Origin: Podarcis gaigeae
Lineage: Eukaryota
Strand: one strand, 5' to 3'
DNA: 64,000 nucleotides
Assembly (NCBI GenBank): GCA_964106915.2
Contig: OZ066918.1
Made by a program: the position numbers and the translations under genes. Numbering within the stretch: position 1 is the first letter of the stretch; each line of letters opens with the position of its first letter. Positions 1 to 13,412 of the stretch are shown piece by piece. Under the pieces are notes generated by a model that was given only the letters and a program-made list of their open reading frames with translations, was not told the origin of the DNA and did no database searches.

Positions 1-3000
1 TTAGTTATTTATTAAATTTATATCCCGCCCTCCCTCCCAAAGTAAAAACCTCATTTCCCCCCTCCAGCATTTAGTTGTTTGTTCTGGAAAAGCAGTTTAC
101 TTACATGTACATATCCGTATTTTATCAACTTTAGTGTTTTATTGCTTTTATTAACATAGACATACAACCCCCCCCACCAAAAACCCACTAATAATTTCCT
201 TGAACATTTGACCTAAATTTCCACTCAGAGGTTCTTTACATCTCAAATTTAAATATGATATTTCTGACTCTTTTCCCATCAAATATCTCTAAAACTGCTT
301 TTGATTTGCACCAATTTGCATCAGCAAAGCTGTCATTTGCCATAAACAAAATGATTTAATCTACCTAATTTACCAGATATTGCTCATTTGAACCTTTGGG
401 ATATAAGCTTAAACCCTAAAACTATTCATAGCAGCCAGCTTTCTAGGCCCTGCTTCCCAGGTTTTCTGTGGCATCAGAGCAGCTAAGTCCATGACAATCA
501 CTGGCACCATGACACTTCTTCAAGTTATTATATGCAAAGACCCTGTGTGACTTAAGAACAGGTGAGCTAATAGTATCAGGCATATCAAGAAAGTTCGGGG
601 ACAACTCAACAAATCCCAGAATGTAAAAATGAAGAAGTTAGTGGATGAGTAATTTTGCTTCTGGAGTGACACTGATACATTACAGTGAACTTTGTTTAGG
701 CTAGGCAAGGGTGAATCTGTGAATTTTGGTTTCCCTTCAGTGCTCCTTTTTTCCAGTCTTAAGTTTGGTTCCTTGCATTTTCACATCAGTTTGCATCAAA
801 AAGAGTCCTCATGAAAACTCATCAATTTTTTAATGTGACACATTTTTGAATGTAAATTTGCCTAATATACACACATTTGCAAAAAAAAAAAGATCCCAAA
901 TATTTATATTTTCCTAATATAATGCATTTTTAAATTTATTTTCAACAACATACGGAAAATTGGGCAGTGTGAATTTTGAAAGATGTTCCATTTATTGTTT
1001 CACAAAAAGCAAATGATGTAGATTCACCTTTAACCCCCCAAATCCCTAGTGATTTCGCCCACTGAGAATTTAAGTTTGTCGTAGTTTTCCGTTCCTATCT
1101 TCTTTTTCTGCAGTCAATAAGAGACTCTACTGCACATGTCAAATCATTCTGTTTTGCACTGCAGTTCCATATACATGCATTGATCAGTCCCTGTAAGAAA
1201 ATTAAAGACAAAAACTGCAAACTACAAAACATGCAATTAATTTTAGGTGTTTCTCAAGGCAAGGCAGGTGGAAGGGAACAATAGCAGAATACAGAAGGAA
1301 GAATTCACTTATACCCACGTTTGTAGCCTAACATTGCCCCTCTGGTTTTTCCATGCTCCTAGCATGTAGGCTGTCAAATCAACTCAGTCTATGCTGATGA
1401 ATCTGTGCATGCAGATGAATCTGTATCTGCAATGAAAAGGAGGAGGAGAAAAAACCCCAGCATCCGAGCTGCAGTAGTTTAGACATCATGCTGCGTCCTA
1501 ATCAAATAAATCCACTGGGTAAATGTTGTTACTTTGAACATATTATTTCAGGGGATGGATATTTGAAAGATGAGATGGTGCATCAGGTTGCAAAAGGTGA
1601 AAATGAACTTTCAGGTATTACAGGAAATTAGGAGGAAAGAACAAACATCTCCCTCTTAGCTGAGGAGGCTGGATGTGAATCTATCAGGCAGCTGTGCTAT
1701 CAATCTTATTATATTAAGCATAAGTGTAAACACTGAAAAATTCATGAAGCAGAATGAAGCAGTAAAGCCTAGTTAAAACCCAGAGCTCAGGTTTGATATA
1801 TGCAGTGCTGACAGGATAAAGTGAAGGGAAGAAGAAGAGAGAACAAGGGCAGTTTTGCATGCCTTTAAAGAGAGAGAGAGAAAGAAAATTTGCATTCATA
1901 AAGTTCAAATGCTTGAGAAGTGGAGTTATATAATATCCACATAAGATGCTGCAGGGACAACCTTGTATTTGAATCACCTTTTCTTTTTCTTCCAGACTCG
2001 CACCTTGGAGTTTAAATACAATTTGGTCTTAAGAATTGGGGCTGGGCATTTATTTGGTCAGAAGAGCTCATGCCCACAAGTAAGGCTTTTGAAATGGTTT
2101 GAATGCTGAAAGAACGGTCCAGTGAATGATTTTGAAAACACTTGATGCTGTAGCGTTGCGGAAATTGAATAGGCCTGATTGGCAGTCCAAGTGTGAACTG
2201 GTCTACTTAACACACTTTACCACATCCACCTTACATCCTTGTTTAAATGGAATCATCCTCACCGGACCTGTAACTGCAGCTTATAACAACTTTGGACTTA
2301 ATGTGCTCAGCCCCCTAAACCAAAGGAAAAAAGAAGGCAAAATACTCCTCACACAAAGGAAAAAAACCAAAATGGAGGCAAGACACACACCAAACAAATA
2401 ACCACAAATAAAAGCAGGCAAAGCAAGGATACACTCAGAGGCGTTATGGGAAAATGTGGTAAGCAGGTTAGGGTGGTTGGATGCTTGCACTTTGCTTTTA
2501 CCATCAGAAGCCATGGTAAAATAAATAAATTAAATCTCATTTTTTGTAAAAGTAAAAACAAAAATTGGGAGAAGCAGGAAGCCTTGGCAAGGAAGGTATC
2601 TGAGGGTGCTGTGTTATCCATGGGTGCCATGTTCTAGAGGGAGCGTAGTTCCTTACACAAAAACCTGATAACTAGCTATTAAATCCCAAAACTGTATCTC
2701 CTAACTTTATTTCATTTCCACAGTTTTCTTATTGTAATTTAAGCCCCTGACTTTACTTGTACATAATTTGCTCCAAAGTTAGACAATCCTGCTTGGCTCT
2801 GGTAAGTTCATTGTGTGGATGCTTAAGCAAGGCCTTCTCCACATTATCTCCACCTGCCTTCTCTTGACAATATAATTCTTCATCTCACCCTACATTTTGT
2901 TCTCTCCTCCTCCCTCCCTCCGAAACTGATGAGCCTTCTTATCATGTTGTTCCTATGCCAATAACAGCTTCATTTTTGTTCATCCCTTTCCCTCCACCTT

Positions 3001-6000
3001 TCCCTCCACCTGCTCCTTTAACTCCCTCCTCATGACTCACTTCTTGGCCTTTTCCTGAAGTTTCTTCACTTGCAGTTCCGCTGCCACTGAAAGTTTTTCT
3101 AACCATTCCTAACTCCTATTGTCAATTGCCAACAGCCCTTTTCTTGTCTGCCTCTTGCAGAATGTAACCCTCCGGCCAGGGACCATCTTGCATTTTGTAG
3201 AATACATAGGACATTGCTAAATAAATGTCACAGCGTAAATCACTATGTGTTTAAGTTTAACTGAAAGAAGTCCCAGGTTAGCTGGAATAGTAGAATAATA
3301 ATAATAGGAATAATAGAAAGCACTCGTTCAGTTGCTCTACAGTATCCATTACATTGAACACCAATATTAACTTGACCATGTCTTTTCTGCTCTCTATTTG
3401 GGAAAGGGAGGGATGGATGGAGTAGCTGTTGCTTCTTGCAGAGAGATCTCATATTATGAAGCAGTGAGACTTATTGCCAACCCAGTTGCCTGCTCAAGCT
3501 GCTGTGATCAAGCTGCATTTTAGGAAAAGTCATGGTGCTCAAGAGGTACTCTAGCTTTATTCAGTACATTTCTATAGAAAGGAGAATTAAATTCCTCTTC
3601 CCATCACACTATAGCAGCTCTGCCATGGTTATATGATAATGAAAGCTGATAAGACTCTGCTTCCTACGGATGTGCAAACAATGCCAATGAAGTAGCTATA
3701 AAGGCTGAAGTAGCTATAAAGGGCAAAGCACAATGGAAACAGATGAACCCTGATTGGGCTCCTTGCTTACCAAGTTATCAAAAGAAACCTGGAAAGGAAT
3801 CAAGGAACAACAACAAAAGGAAAAGAAAATGTACTCAGAAAAAATGTATGTGAAATGCAGTAATAATCCTTTAGGTATTATTCTTCTAGAATATTTTTTT
3901 TTTTAAAAAAAATAACTTAAGATTGGCATTTGCTGATATGATTTTTGCCAGTACCTAAACATTTCCCTTATGGCATCATTTGAAATGAAGCAAGAATATC
4001 AATTAAAATACCGTTTGGACTTTACTTATTTTTTGTTGCAAACTTTTCACTGTGTCTGTTTCAGAGGCTGCCAGTGTCATTTTAAAAGACCTTCTTCAGA
4101 TGTTTCAAGGAACCCCTGCCTCAGGAAATGTGAATGACCCACACATATTCTCAGGTCTCTTTTGTAGGAGTGGGAAAAAAGTATGTTTATGTTAGGGTGA
4201 TGTATGTTCTGTTCCTGTACCAGGAGAATGTACATGTATCAACATAAAGCACTGAGAGAGAGAGTTGCCTGCCTTCTCTTCCACAGCTTCTTTAAATTAT
4301 CCAAAGTATCCTTCCATGGGTACCTCAAAATAGGCATTCTCTACAATCAGAACAGGAGTGAAAAGTGTGCTAGTATTCTCTTTGACACTGGAATTTATTT
4401 TGTTCAGTGAAATGCAAACACACACACTGGAAGTACTTATCTATCTCCCATTGAAATCTATAGACTTTTAAAATTGCTAACTGTGGAGTGATCACACCCC
4501 ATATGAAGGAAACCCAGAGAAATCATCGTAATGCAACCAGTTACTAACAAATGCTACGAAGAAAATAAGATAAATAAGAGCAAGATCAATGATGTACTTG
4601 ACCAACAATGTACTTGGAGATATCAAAACAAGGACCAAACAAACTGACAATCCTCCCTCCACCCCAAAGAAAATTACATGATTGGTCTACGGCACTTCTT
4701 TAGTTAAAAAAAGAAGGAACAGATTGGAATGCCATAATAATTGCTTCCCTCTGCATGGCTGAATGCCATGTTTCTATGTGCATATCTATAAAGATGAACC
4801 CAGTGGATCAGAAGAACAGCATTTTCCCTGCCCAGATGATTCGTCTTCACAGATATGTCCAGGATACAGCTAAATGGAGACTGCTCCCACCCCAGTTTGG
4901 TAGAAGAAAGAAAGAAAGAAAGAAAGAATTACACAATGACCCATTTTACACAAGTTTGTCTATTGGAAACCAATGGGCATTCTGAGCTCAACCTCTTTAT
5001 CATCATGATTTGTTTGCACAAAGTTTGCAGGTCAGATGACACTGCATCAAGCAATTGTGATTTTACACTTTCCTGTTGCATTTCCCTATCAACTTTCCTT
5101 ATCACAAAATAAACAGCCACCCAAAATCCATTGTTTCTGTGGTTTGATGTGCAAGACCGGCAGAGCAACTTTAATTGTGCAGCCTGAACTTCCCGGTATG
5201 TGATTGAATCCGACCCAGCAATAATGAGTGTCTGGAAGTGCCCTGACTCAGTCAAGTCAAATATCAAAAAGCTGGCCTGAGATGGGGAAGAATCCAAAGG
5301 GTGAAGCCTAACAACTTCCTGTGTCTGCCTCGGGAGGCCTTTGATAAGGATGGTTCTTTGCCAACTCATTTCCAACCGCTTCATGCTTAACATAAAGAAC
5401 AGTCAATGAGCTACTTAGCATTCATTTGGCTGGCTGCATTGAGAGCGCCCTCACTGAAGGGTTAAACTTAATTGCATTTCAGTTGAACTTCTTACATGCT
5501 GAGGGACCCAGACCTGCTGTGCTTGCGCTTTTTAGCTGCTGAAGCGGGCACAAAGGTGCATTTTTTGCTTCACAGCCTGATGTATTCCTTCCCTCTTTTA
5601 GGGCCCGTCACTCTTCCAGCTTCCTGGAATTTTGAGGCACGTGTTCGCTGCCTCCCCTTTCTTCTAACGTAAGCATTTCTTCTGACTTGGCTCTGCAGCA
5701 TTAGCCAGCTTCGCAGCAGGTGCCTCCGCCATTCTTGGCATCTCGCTGGCATTCTTTCAAGCTGTTTAGCACTGAAGAAAGACCCGCAGTGAAAAAGGGC
5801 ACCAAGTAATGTTCATTAATGGGGAACACAGTTGTCATATTTCACAGACCTGCCGACAACATGTCTCATTACCCCTGACCTGCATCAAAACATAAACACT
5901 AGGAGCATGTTCCACTCCATTAAAGGTTGCAAATTTGCACTGGGGAAGAAAGGCTGGCACAGGTTATGCGGTGGCCGAATCTGAAAAACGTACTGGGCTC

Positions 6001-6702
6001 TAAGAAAGTAACAAAATTGTACTTGTAGGGAATCCCATTTTGTCAAAAGTTGCTCACTCCCCCCCCCCCGAAAAAGTTTAGGAATTTGTTACAGTTTAGT
6101 CCTTTCTGCAAAAAAAGGGGGGGCGAGTCTATGGGCATTTAATTTGGCCTTTCAACTTCTGGCGTCAGCCGAGTTTCCTAAAGCCAACTCTATTCTTTCA
6201 TACATTTGATAGTGACAGAAATTCAGGAAGTTTACTAGAATATTAGCTTGCAGCCAAAGAACCAAAAAGGACAGACCCATCTATTTTTGATAGCATTTTT
6301 TTTGCAGGTGAGAAGACATGGCAGAGGTATAATTAGGTATTGGTTGCATCAGGTAATAAACAGAGGTATGTTGTCTAGATAGACAGTACCTTTCATTCCT
6401 GACTACACAATCTATATGTTATTACGCTTGTGAAAGTAAAGCCTGCCATGGTTCATCGAGCTGGTGTGATAGCGTGGAATTTTCACCAACATTCCAACTT
6501 CTCAGTGAACAAAACTGTCAAAATGAAAGCTCTCAATCCAATTATTTCTCAGAGAGCAAAGGCTCTAAATTCTGGCTATTAGAAGTGAGGGGGTACAGGG
6601 GATGTACTAGTATCATGTTACAAACTATAGCATATGTACTTTTGTGATGGGGGGGCGGGAGAAGGTGGCATTCACTGACAGAGTGACCAACACATCCATG
6701 GT

Positions 6703-6917
6703 CAGTGGCGGAGCTTCAAGCTCCAGCAGGGGGGAGCGGCGGAGAGCATGTGAGGGTGTGGCTGGCACACGTCCTAGAGGCGTGTCCCGGGGGCGTGGCA
6801 CGCTGCCTGCAGGGGTGTGGCATGAGACCTGGGGGCGTGGAGCACCGCCCGCACCCCACCGGGATTGTGCCACCGGGGGCGGTGCACTTCCCACACACCC
6901 CTGTTCCTCCGCCACTG
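6703..6917. mobile_element. Non-autonomous hAT DNA transposon (GC-rich MITE)
   Basis: TIRs CAGTGGCGGAG...CTCCGCCACTG; 8-bp TSD TCCATGGT (6695-6702) / TCCATGGC (6918-6925); same family as 22746-22931. Confidence 0.85.
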
Positions 6918-7243
6918 TCCATGGCCCTTCCTTTCTGCCATGAGCAGAATGGGAAATGAGGGCCTTTTCCATATATCCTCTAACTGACAACAATAGAAGA
7001 GAATTGCACTATTTCTGTGAACATGTCAGGACAAGTAAGGGATTTTGAATGTGGTGTATCTACTCTTTACCCTTCTCATTGTACCCATGGGACATCTACT
7101 CCAGCAGAACTTTTCAGTGGGTGGTGGGTGGTAGTTCTTCCCTGCGTTTTCCCACTGGCCTACCTCTCTCTCTGCTGGCAGAACAGCAGTTACAATGCTT
7201 CCTGTTGTCCCTCACCCAGTTTCCTACTGGACTACAGCTTTAA

Positions 7244-8705
7244 TCAAGGCTTCCAGTTGGTTAATTTGATTTTGGAGGCTAAACCACCAACATCAGTTTG
7301 TAAGACTGAACTAGGGGTTCCACCAGTCACTTTCTTCTTGTTGCTGCTGCTAGAATCTGTGGTTTTCAAACTAGAGAAGCTATGGCTCCCGAATTTCTCA
7401 TCCTTAAATGCTCTAGCAATCTCGGTGATATGGTCCTGAATTTCTGTAAATTGCATTTTTTTTAAGGCATTGTTGCATTTCCTCTCAGAACCACAACTTC
7501 CTAATAGAAAACATTCAGTAAGGGAAAATGCTTTCTTTGTTCCTTCCATTTCCATCTGTAAAGCCTAAAAGAATAAATGCTCTGTGCCCTTATTATGAAT
7601 CATTCGTTTTTTTCTAGTTCTGTCTCCCTATCCCATCATTCCTTCTACAGGCCTCCAAAATGCAGACATGCTGTAAGATATTAAGAAATAAAAAGTGAAA
7701 AGATGAGCATAAATGAAGAATCATGATTTACTGCAACTCTTGAATATTCTAAATGCTTGTTTCTTTTGTGATTTTACCCATCCGGAGACCTAGAAGTATG
7801 TATCACTATTCTAACACTGCACAGTTTGGAAACTCTCCATCTTCTATATCAGGCAGCACTACTAATCCTTTTGGCACCAGTATGGACCAGCAATCCCCTG
7901 CCTATGTCCTGGTAGCATATTTGATCCCTGAAGTATCCCGGCCAATCTGGGCTGTGATGGGGTCTCTGTGGAGCAGCAGCCAATGGCTTGGGGAGTGGTC
8001 CTAGTCTGTGGACCACCACTTTGAGCAGCACTGTTGTAGGGAACAGCTTGACAGAAAATGTTGTTCCTCTTTGTTCTTCCTCAGGAGCCTTGTTCTGTGA
8101 TTGATTACCTATCTGAAGATGCAAAAAATCATGATGTTTTTCTTCCCATGGACGTTTACGTTTTTAACTTCTGTATATTGTTATTTTTAGTCAGGAGACT
8201 ACTTATTTGTGCGTCAGTGTTATAAGGTTGTGATATCAGTAAAATGAAATATGTTACATTACTTATATGTTGTCACAATCATTTTATAGTAGAGTACAGC
8301 CATATGTTAGCTTGATAAACCACATTCTTTGCACTTACATGAATTTAAGGAGAAATTTGGACGATATAGCAAGCCATCTTTTACACTTCAGTTTGTTTGG
8401 TATTGCAGAGGTTAACTGACAGGGTGCACTAGACTTTGATTTGGTGGGTGAATTTGTATGCTGGGCTAGATTCCAATTTCTTGCTAGCTTCTTGTTTGAG
8501 TGGGCATAAATTTCTTGAAAAGTCATTTTGATTTTTGCATTCAATAAATGACTCCTCCAGATCTATTTTTCTCTTCTTGTTTTCGAAGTCTGATTTTTCT
8601 CCAGCAATAGCCATTTATTTCCCCCTGGTTATCACTGTCTTGACAAGTGCCAATGCTTTACGTTTTAGACAGGAATTGCTGTTGAGTTGCTCCTGTCCAT
8701 TCTCT
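7244..8705 (-). pseudogene. Possible decayed exons of an unidentified K/E/S-rich protein gene (or lncRNA exons)
   Basis: Minus-strand acceptors (TTTATTCTTTTAG near 7565, TTTTTTGCATCTTCAG near 8113) and a GTAAGT donor at 8338 bound protein-like frames (ENKKRKIDLEESF..., NKAPEEEQRG..., MEMEGTKKAF...) that are broken by stops; no family recognised. Confidence 0.25.
7854..8033. mobile_element. Degraded hAT-like MITE
   Basis: Right end reads CAGTGCTGCTCAAAGTGGTGGTCC on the minus strand, a hAT/Charlie-like terminus; left end CAGCACTACT; TSD not cleanly preserved. Confidence 0.45.
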
Positions 8706-9231
8706 CATTCCAGCAACAATAGAGAGTGAACAGGATTTCAGGAGCACCTTAATTTCTCAAGTTAGAGCTTTAGCATTTGAGACTGACTGAGCTTAAAAAC
8801 AAACTTATCACAGATGAACCTCATCTGATATATTATCTACCAAGATAATATAATGAACATCTGGCCCAGACTGAAATCTGTATTCAGTGCCTATTAAAAC
8901 TACTGAGTTGTAGCACATTGACAGAGGAGGAAAACGATCCTCAAACTCAGCCACCATCACCATTGTAATAATGATATGTACAAATTCAAAGAACTGCTGA
9001 GAGGAAAGAAGAATTAGAACCATTCAGCAGTATGGAGACTCAATTTGGGGATCATTTTCGCAAATATGGCACAAATGACTACTCAAGAAAACACGAACCC
9101 AATGCTTTTACTTCCTTTAAAGAAGCAATAGCTACATTTTGCGGGTGACAGTAATACCTTCTTATTTGGACCCATCTGGTTTATGGCCTGGACCTGATCT
9201 AGTGTCTCTAGGTTTCATAGACTTCATAGAG

Positions 9232-9365
9232 CTAGAGGATAGCTCACTTGGTAGAGCACGAGGCTATTAATCTCAGGGTTGTTGGTTTGAGCCCCATGTT
9301 GGGCAAAAGATTCCTGCATTGCAGGGGTTGGACTAAATGACCCCTTCCAACTTTATGGTTCTATG
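9232..9365 (+). mobile_element. tRNA-derived SINE (tRNA-Lys-like head, CR1-type 3' tail)
   Basis: Box A TAGCTCACTTGG and degenerate box B GGTTTGAGCC, followed by GGGTTGGACTAAATGACCCCTTCCAACT...TTCTATG, a CR1-like 3' end. Confidence 0.75.
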
Positions 9366-9414
9366 TGAGGGAAAGAATAGAATAAAATAAAGTGGAATAT
9401 ATTGGGAAGAATTC

Positions 9415-9697
9415 TGAAATATAATTAGAGTCGAGTGTGAATTTCATTCTCTTTATTCAGCTCATAGTAGTAAGGAATGAAAGTTTACCCAAAATATCTG
9501 CTTTGTATACATTATTTACACAATGGGTCCCATGTGATTGGCTAATTCTGGGATTCTCCCATGGGCCAATCAGGTTGCGGATTCACTTCCACCTGGAGCT
9601 GGATTGGGTGGCTCCTGCGGACCAATCATACTGCTGCATTGTTCTAGGACCAGTCAGACTGCTGCATTCTGAATCCTATTCAACTCAATACATAACA
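9415..9697 (-). mobile_element. Solo LTR (Gypsy-like)
   Basis: Minus strand TGTTATGTA...TTTCA; perfect 5-bp TSD AATTC (9410-9414 / 9698-9702); several CCAAT boxes; AATAAA on the minus strand near 9452-9457. Confidence 0.85.
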
Positions 9698-10498
9698 AAT
9701 TCAGTGTAGCGCTAAGGAGATCATTCTATAAGCACCAGCACTTCTGCTTGCCTGACAGAATGATTTCCCTTCTCCTTCCCCTATGTAATTTTTTTTTTGG
9801 GGGGGGGGAGCTCCATTGCACTAGCAGAAGTCCTGGCATGGGCTTCTGCTGATGGAACTCAGCAGTTGAACCCAGCTTTATTAAACTGGAAGTGTCTACA
9901 ATGTAATATTTTGGAATCAAATATTTTGCTTTGAATTTAAAAAGGCTCGGTGTGAAGGATCATTTTCTTTTTCTGTATTCCCTGTTTTGTTTGCATGCTT
10001 TATTGTCAGCGTAAATGTGACCTTGGTTTTTCTATGTACCTTTTGTAATCTCTTTAATATCCTATTGTAATCTTTTGCAAATTTATATCCTTCGTAATTA
10101 GATACACACATATGAAGTTGACATTCATATGCAACAAATCTGCCCCCCTCCCCCAAATTAGGCCTTTTACATTAAGGAAAGTGCCTGGAAAGAGCACTGG
10201 AAAATGTGGAGTCACAATTGTTTGATGCAACATGGTATAACTGCTTTGCAAACAAATCAGAATGAATACTCAATAAACAGTGGGTGTTGTATGACCTTCC
10301 TACAACTTTGTGCAAACTTACCAGGATGAATGCTACATAAACAGGTCTGTTTGATTGTTTAAGGGGTTATACTGAAGAGAAGCCAGTTGTAATGGCACCA
10401 GGGGCTTATTATAGTTTGGAGAAAATGAAGAAGAAAAGACAGTGGGTGGAATGATTTCTTTGCAGAGTTTTCAGTTAAGCTACAAAACACAAATAATA

Positions 10499-10851
10499 CC
10501 GTATATACTCATGTATAAGCTGACTTTTTCAGCACATTTTTAATGCTGAAAAAGCCCCCCTCGGCTTATACTCGAGTGAGGGTCCCACTTATTGTTTGCT
10601 GCCGCCACTTGTGCCACTGCCACTCTGCCAAGCGCGGCTCCTGTGCCTGCCCTTGTGAGTGGCAGAGGCTGTTGTCGGCAGAGGAGGAGGAACGAGCAGC
10701 CCAAAAGCAGCCCTTTTGGGCTGCTCCTTCCTCCTCCACCACTTTTGCCACCCTAGGCTTATACTCGAGTCAATAAGTTTCCCCAGTTTTTTGTGGTAAA
10801 ATTAGGTGCCTTGGCTTATATTCGGGTCGGCTTATACTCAATTATATACGG
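10499..10851. mobile_element. Tc1/mariner-superfamily (Tc2-like) MITE
   Basis: TIRs CCGTATATACT..GTATAAGC / GCTTATACTC..TATATACGG flanked by TA on both sides; internal GGCTTATACTCGAG repeats. Confidence 0.85.
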
Positions 10852-11573
10852 TACTTGCATTTTGTGGGTGGAAGATTCAGGAGGTTAGCATAGGGGTAGT
10901 CTGCATGCAAGGAGGGGAGATTTACACTAAAGCAGCAGCAGAAGAGGCACAGATGTGGGAGAGACGATGAGACTAAGGGTGCAAAGTGGGGCCTCAGAAT
11001 AGAAGAGAGAAGTGGCTTCAAAACAATAGTTAAGAATGTGAAAAGTGGGGTTAGTGGGGTGGGAAAGGGAAGCTCTGGGGGATTAATGTGGGGTGAGTGT
11101 TGGTGGGGTTGGCCAGTGGAGTGAGCACTGTGCAGAACCCCTAGTTCTTCACTCTCTGAGAATTACCATAAGTTGACAGTACCCACCAACTCTAAAGAAC
11201 AGTCCTTATGGTATTTAAGGGCCACAAATACTTGACAGTTCTATAAAAACACACACACACAGAAAGAGGGTTGACTCATACTTTTTAAACTGGCTTGAGC
11301 ATTATGTAAAAATGTTGGTAAGGCTGGGTGGCAAAACAAGCTGCCTTTGCTCACTTGGTTGATTGCCAACTTAGCTGCATTGTAAGACCGCAAGGAGAAG
11401 CTAGTTTTATACAACATTTTTAATAGGCTGGTACCCAGCAGTCTTTCACCCTCCTGCTATGTTTCTCCAGTGTAGTGAGAAACTCTCTGCTGTGTTGATT
11501 GACAGTGTGAAGCGTCAGGTGCTCTTTCACTTGGCGTGGGATTGTGTTTATCTTCATTATCAAGTCTGATCTG

Positions 11574-11597
11574 ATATATATATATATATATATATAT
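11574..11597. repeat. (AT)n microsatellite
   Basis: Perfect dinucleotide run. Confidence 0.95.
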
Positions 11598-12109
11598 GCA
11601 TGCCAGTGCCTCCCCCAAAACTAGCTTCTTTGCTCAAGGTAGCAAGAGCTCTTACAGCAGAAATTCAAAACCTGCTGGTGAAGAACCTGCTGGTACAGAA
11701 GGTTCTGGATGTAAACATGATAGTTACTTGTGGCCACCCCTTCCCTTTAATTGTATGAACACGGAATGCTTCATTTAATATGAGTTCAGCCATTTAAAAA
11801 AAAATTATCATTGGCATCACAATGCAGAATGTTAGAACTGAAGTATCCCTGTATCTCTGTATGCCAATTTGCCCATTGGGAAAACAAAATAGTACAGTGT
11901 ATGAAGCTGTTTTGGAGCTCAAAGGGTGCCAGCCCAATCCTCCTCAACCTCCAGATATTTCAGACTATATTGGCTTCTCCCCCCCACCCTTAACTCACAA
12001 AGCAGAGGAGGCTCAGCAGCAAACACAGGGCTCAGAAGTCATGTTCATGTTCAGGAGCAGGGCAAGAAGTTCAACTGGTCAGAAGTGACAAAGATGTCCC
12101 AACAACTTT

Positions 12110-12560
12110 CCATCTTCCTTCCACCAAATTTTGAAAGGGGAGGTGTGAGGCATTGACTGGAGAGACTTGCTTGCCTTGCAGGACTGCAAATGCACACTCC
12201 ATCAGGGTGTGTGGGTCGGCACCCATCTGTGAAGACAGTGTGTGGTTCTAGGTGACAACTGCACCTTCCTGTTCAGGATCTTCATGATTCCCTGCTGCTA
12301 ACTGTTCTGCTTCCCTGCTCATCTGCTCAAAGCCCTCCCCATCCTCTATGGAGGATCCACTACTCTGCAGGAAGGTCAGGGGGAGGGGCCAGCATCCCTG
12401 CTCCTCCTTGCAAAGCTGCTGAAGTCAGGGTGGAAAGGGGAGACACCCTTCTTCCAACCCAGGTTTCCACCATTCAGTCACCTACATTTCTTCCTCCTCC
12501 TGTGTCAGAGCCTGCAAATCCAAACCTGATGCCAACTCAGGAAACAGAACACATCTCCCA
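12110..12560 (-). mobile_element. Degraded LTR-like fragment resembling 20942-21614
   Basis: Purine-rich GAGGAGGAAG-type composition on the minus strand similar to the element at 20942; termini not resolved. Confidence 0.3.
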
Positions 12561-13261
12561 TCAATTCATCATCATCATCACCATAATCATCATAATATAT
12601 TTATACCCCGCCCATCTGGCTGGGTTTCCCCAGAGACTATGATCAATGCCAGGGATGGCGAGGGTCCAAAATGTCTGGAGGGCATCAGATTAGGGAAAGT
12701 TAGTCTATGGGAAGTGAATATTCCATTCCTTGGTGTGAAAAATGGTGCCACAAATTAAGACTCTTTGGGCTCTTCTCAGTGAAGGCAAATCTCCCCAGCC
12801 CAGGGCACTACAGCCCTTCAGAAACCACATTTCCCCTCTTCATCACAACTGACAGCTCTCAGAGTTCAAGGATGGTCCAAACACGACCTCTTCTTCCTTG
12901 TGGCACAAAGTGCTTGCTGTTATTTTCACAGATATGGTAGTAAACAAAGATGAAAATATTTCCCCAGCTTGTTGTTCATGAACGTGAACTTGCTGCATCA
13001 CAGACTTCATAAGAAGATCAAAGGGAACTCTCAGGGAAACATAGTTAATTCAAAAAAACAGTCAAGGTTGGAGCAAAATAACGTAGAACTGGTTTGGGGG
13101 AAGAAGAGCAGCTTATTCTTTTACAAAGCACTTGGGTTTTTAAGGGAAGGGCCCCTCCTTTTTTGTTATAAGAATAAAAGTACTGTATTTTTTAAAAGTC
13201 TTATCCAACTGTCACCTGGCTTCCAACAACTTTACACTGATTACTCTGATCAATGGATGAA

Positions 13262-13412
13262 TTATTTCCTGCACATGCTTTGTATCCAAAAGGTCACAGA
13301 TTCAATCTCTGGCATCATCAGGTAGGTAGTGAAAGACTCTGGTCTGAAACCCTGGTGAGCTTCTGCCAATCTGTTTGGACAACACTGAGCTAGATAGACC
13401 AATCACCTGATC
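13262..13412 (+). mobile_element. tRNA-derived SINE (squamate Squam2-like)
   Basis: CACATGCTTTGTAT..AAGGTC..GATTCAATC head and ACTGAGCTAGATAGACCAAT tail; related copy at 19455-19640. Confidence 0.6.

Noticed and set aside
1391-1432. CTGATGA-hairpin-GAA resembling a second hammerhead
   Set aside because: It has GAAT instead of GAAA and no proper stem III or stem I. A local duplication of GATGAATCTGT explains it.
4929-5393. 154-aa ORF on the minus strand
   Set aside because: No recognisable homology or exon boundaries. More likely non-coding regulatory sequence.
9232-9310. tRNA-Lys-like sequence
   Set aside because: Stems and box B are degenerate and it is fused to a CR1-type tail, so it is a SINE head and not a tRNA gene.
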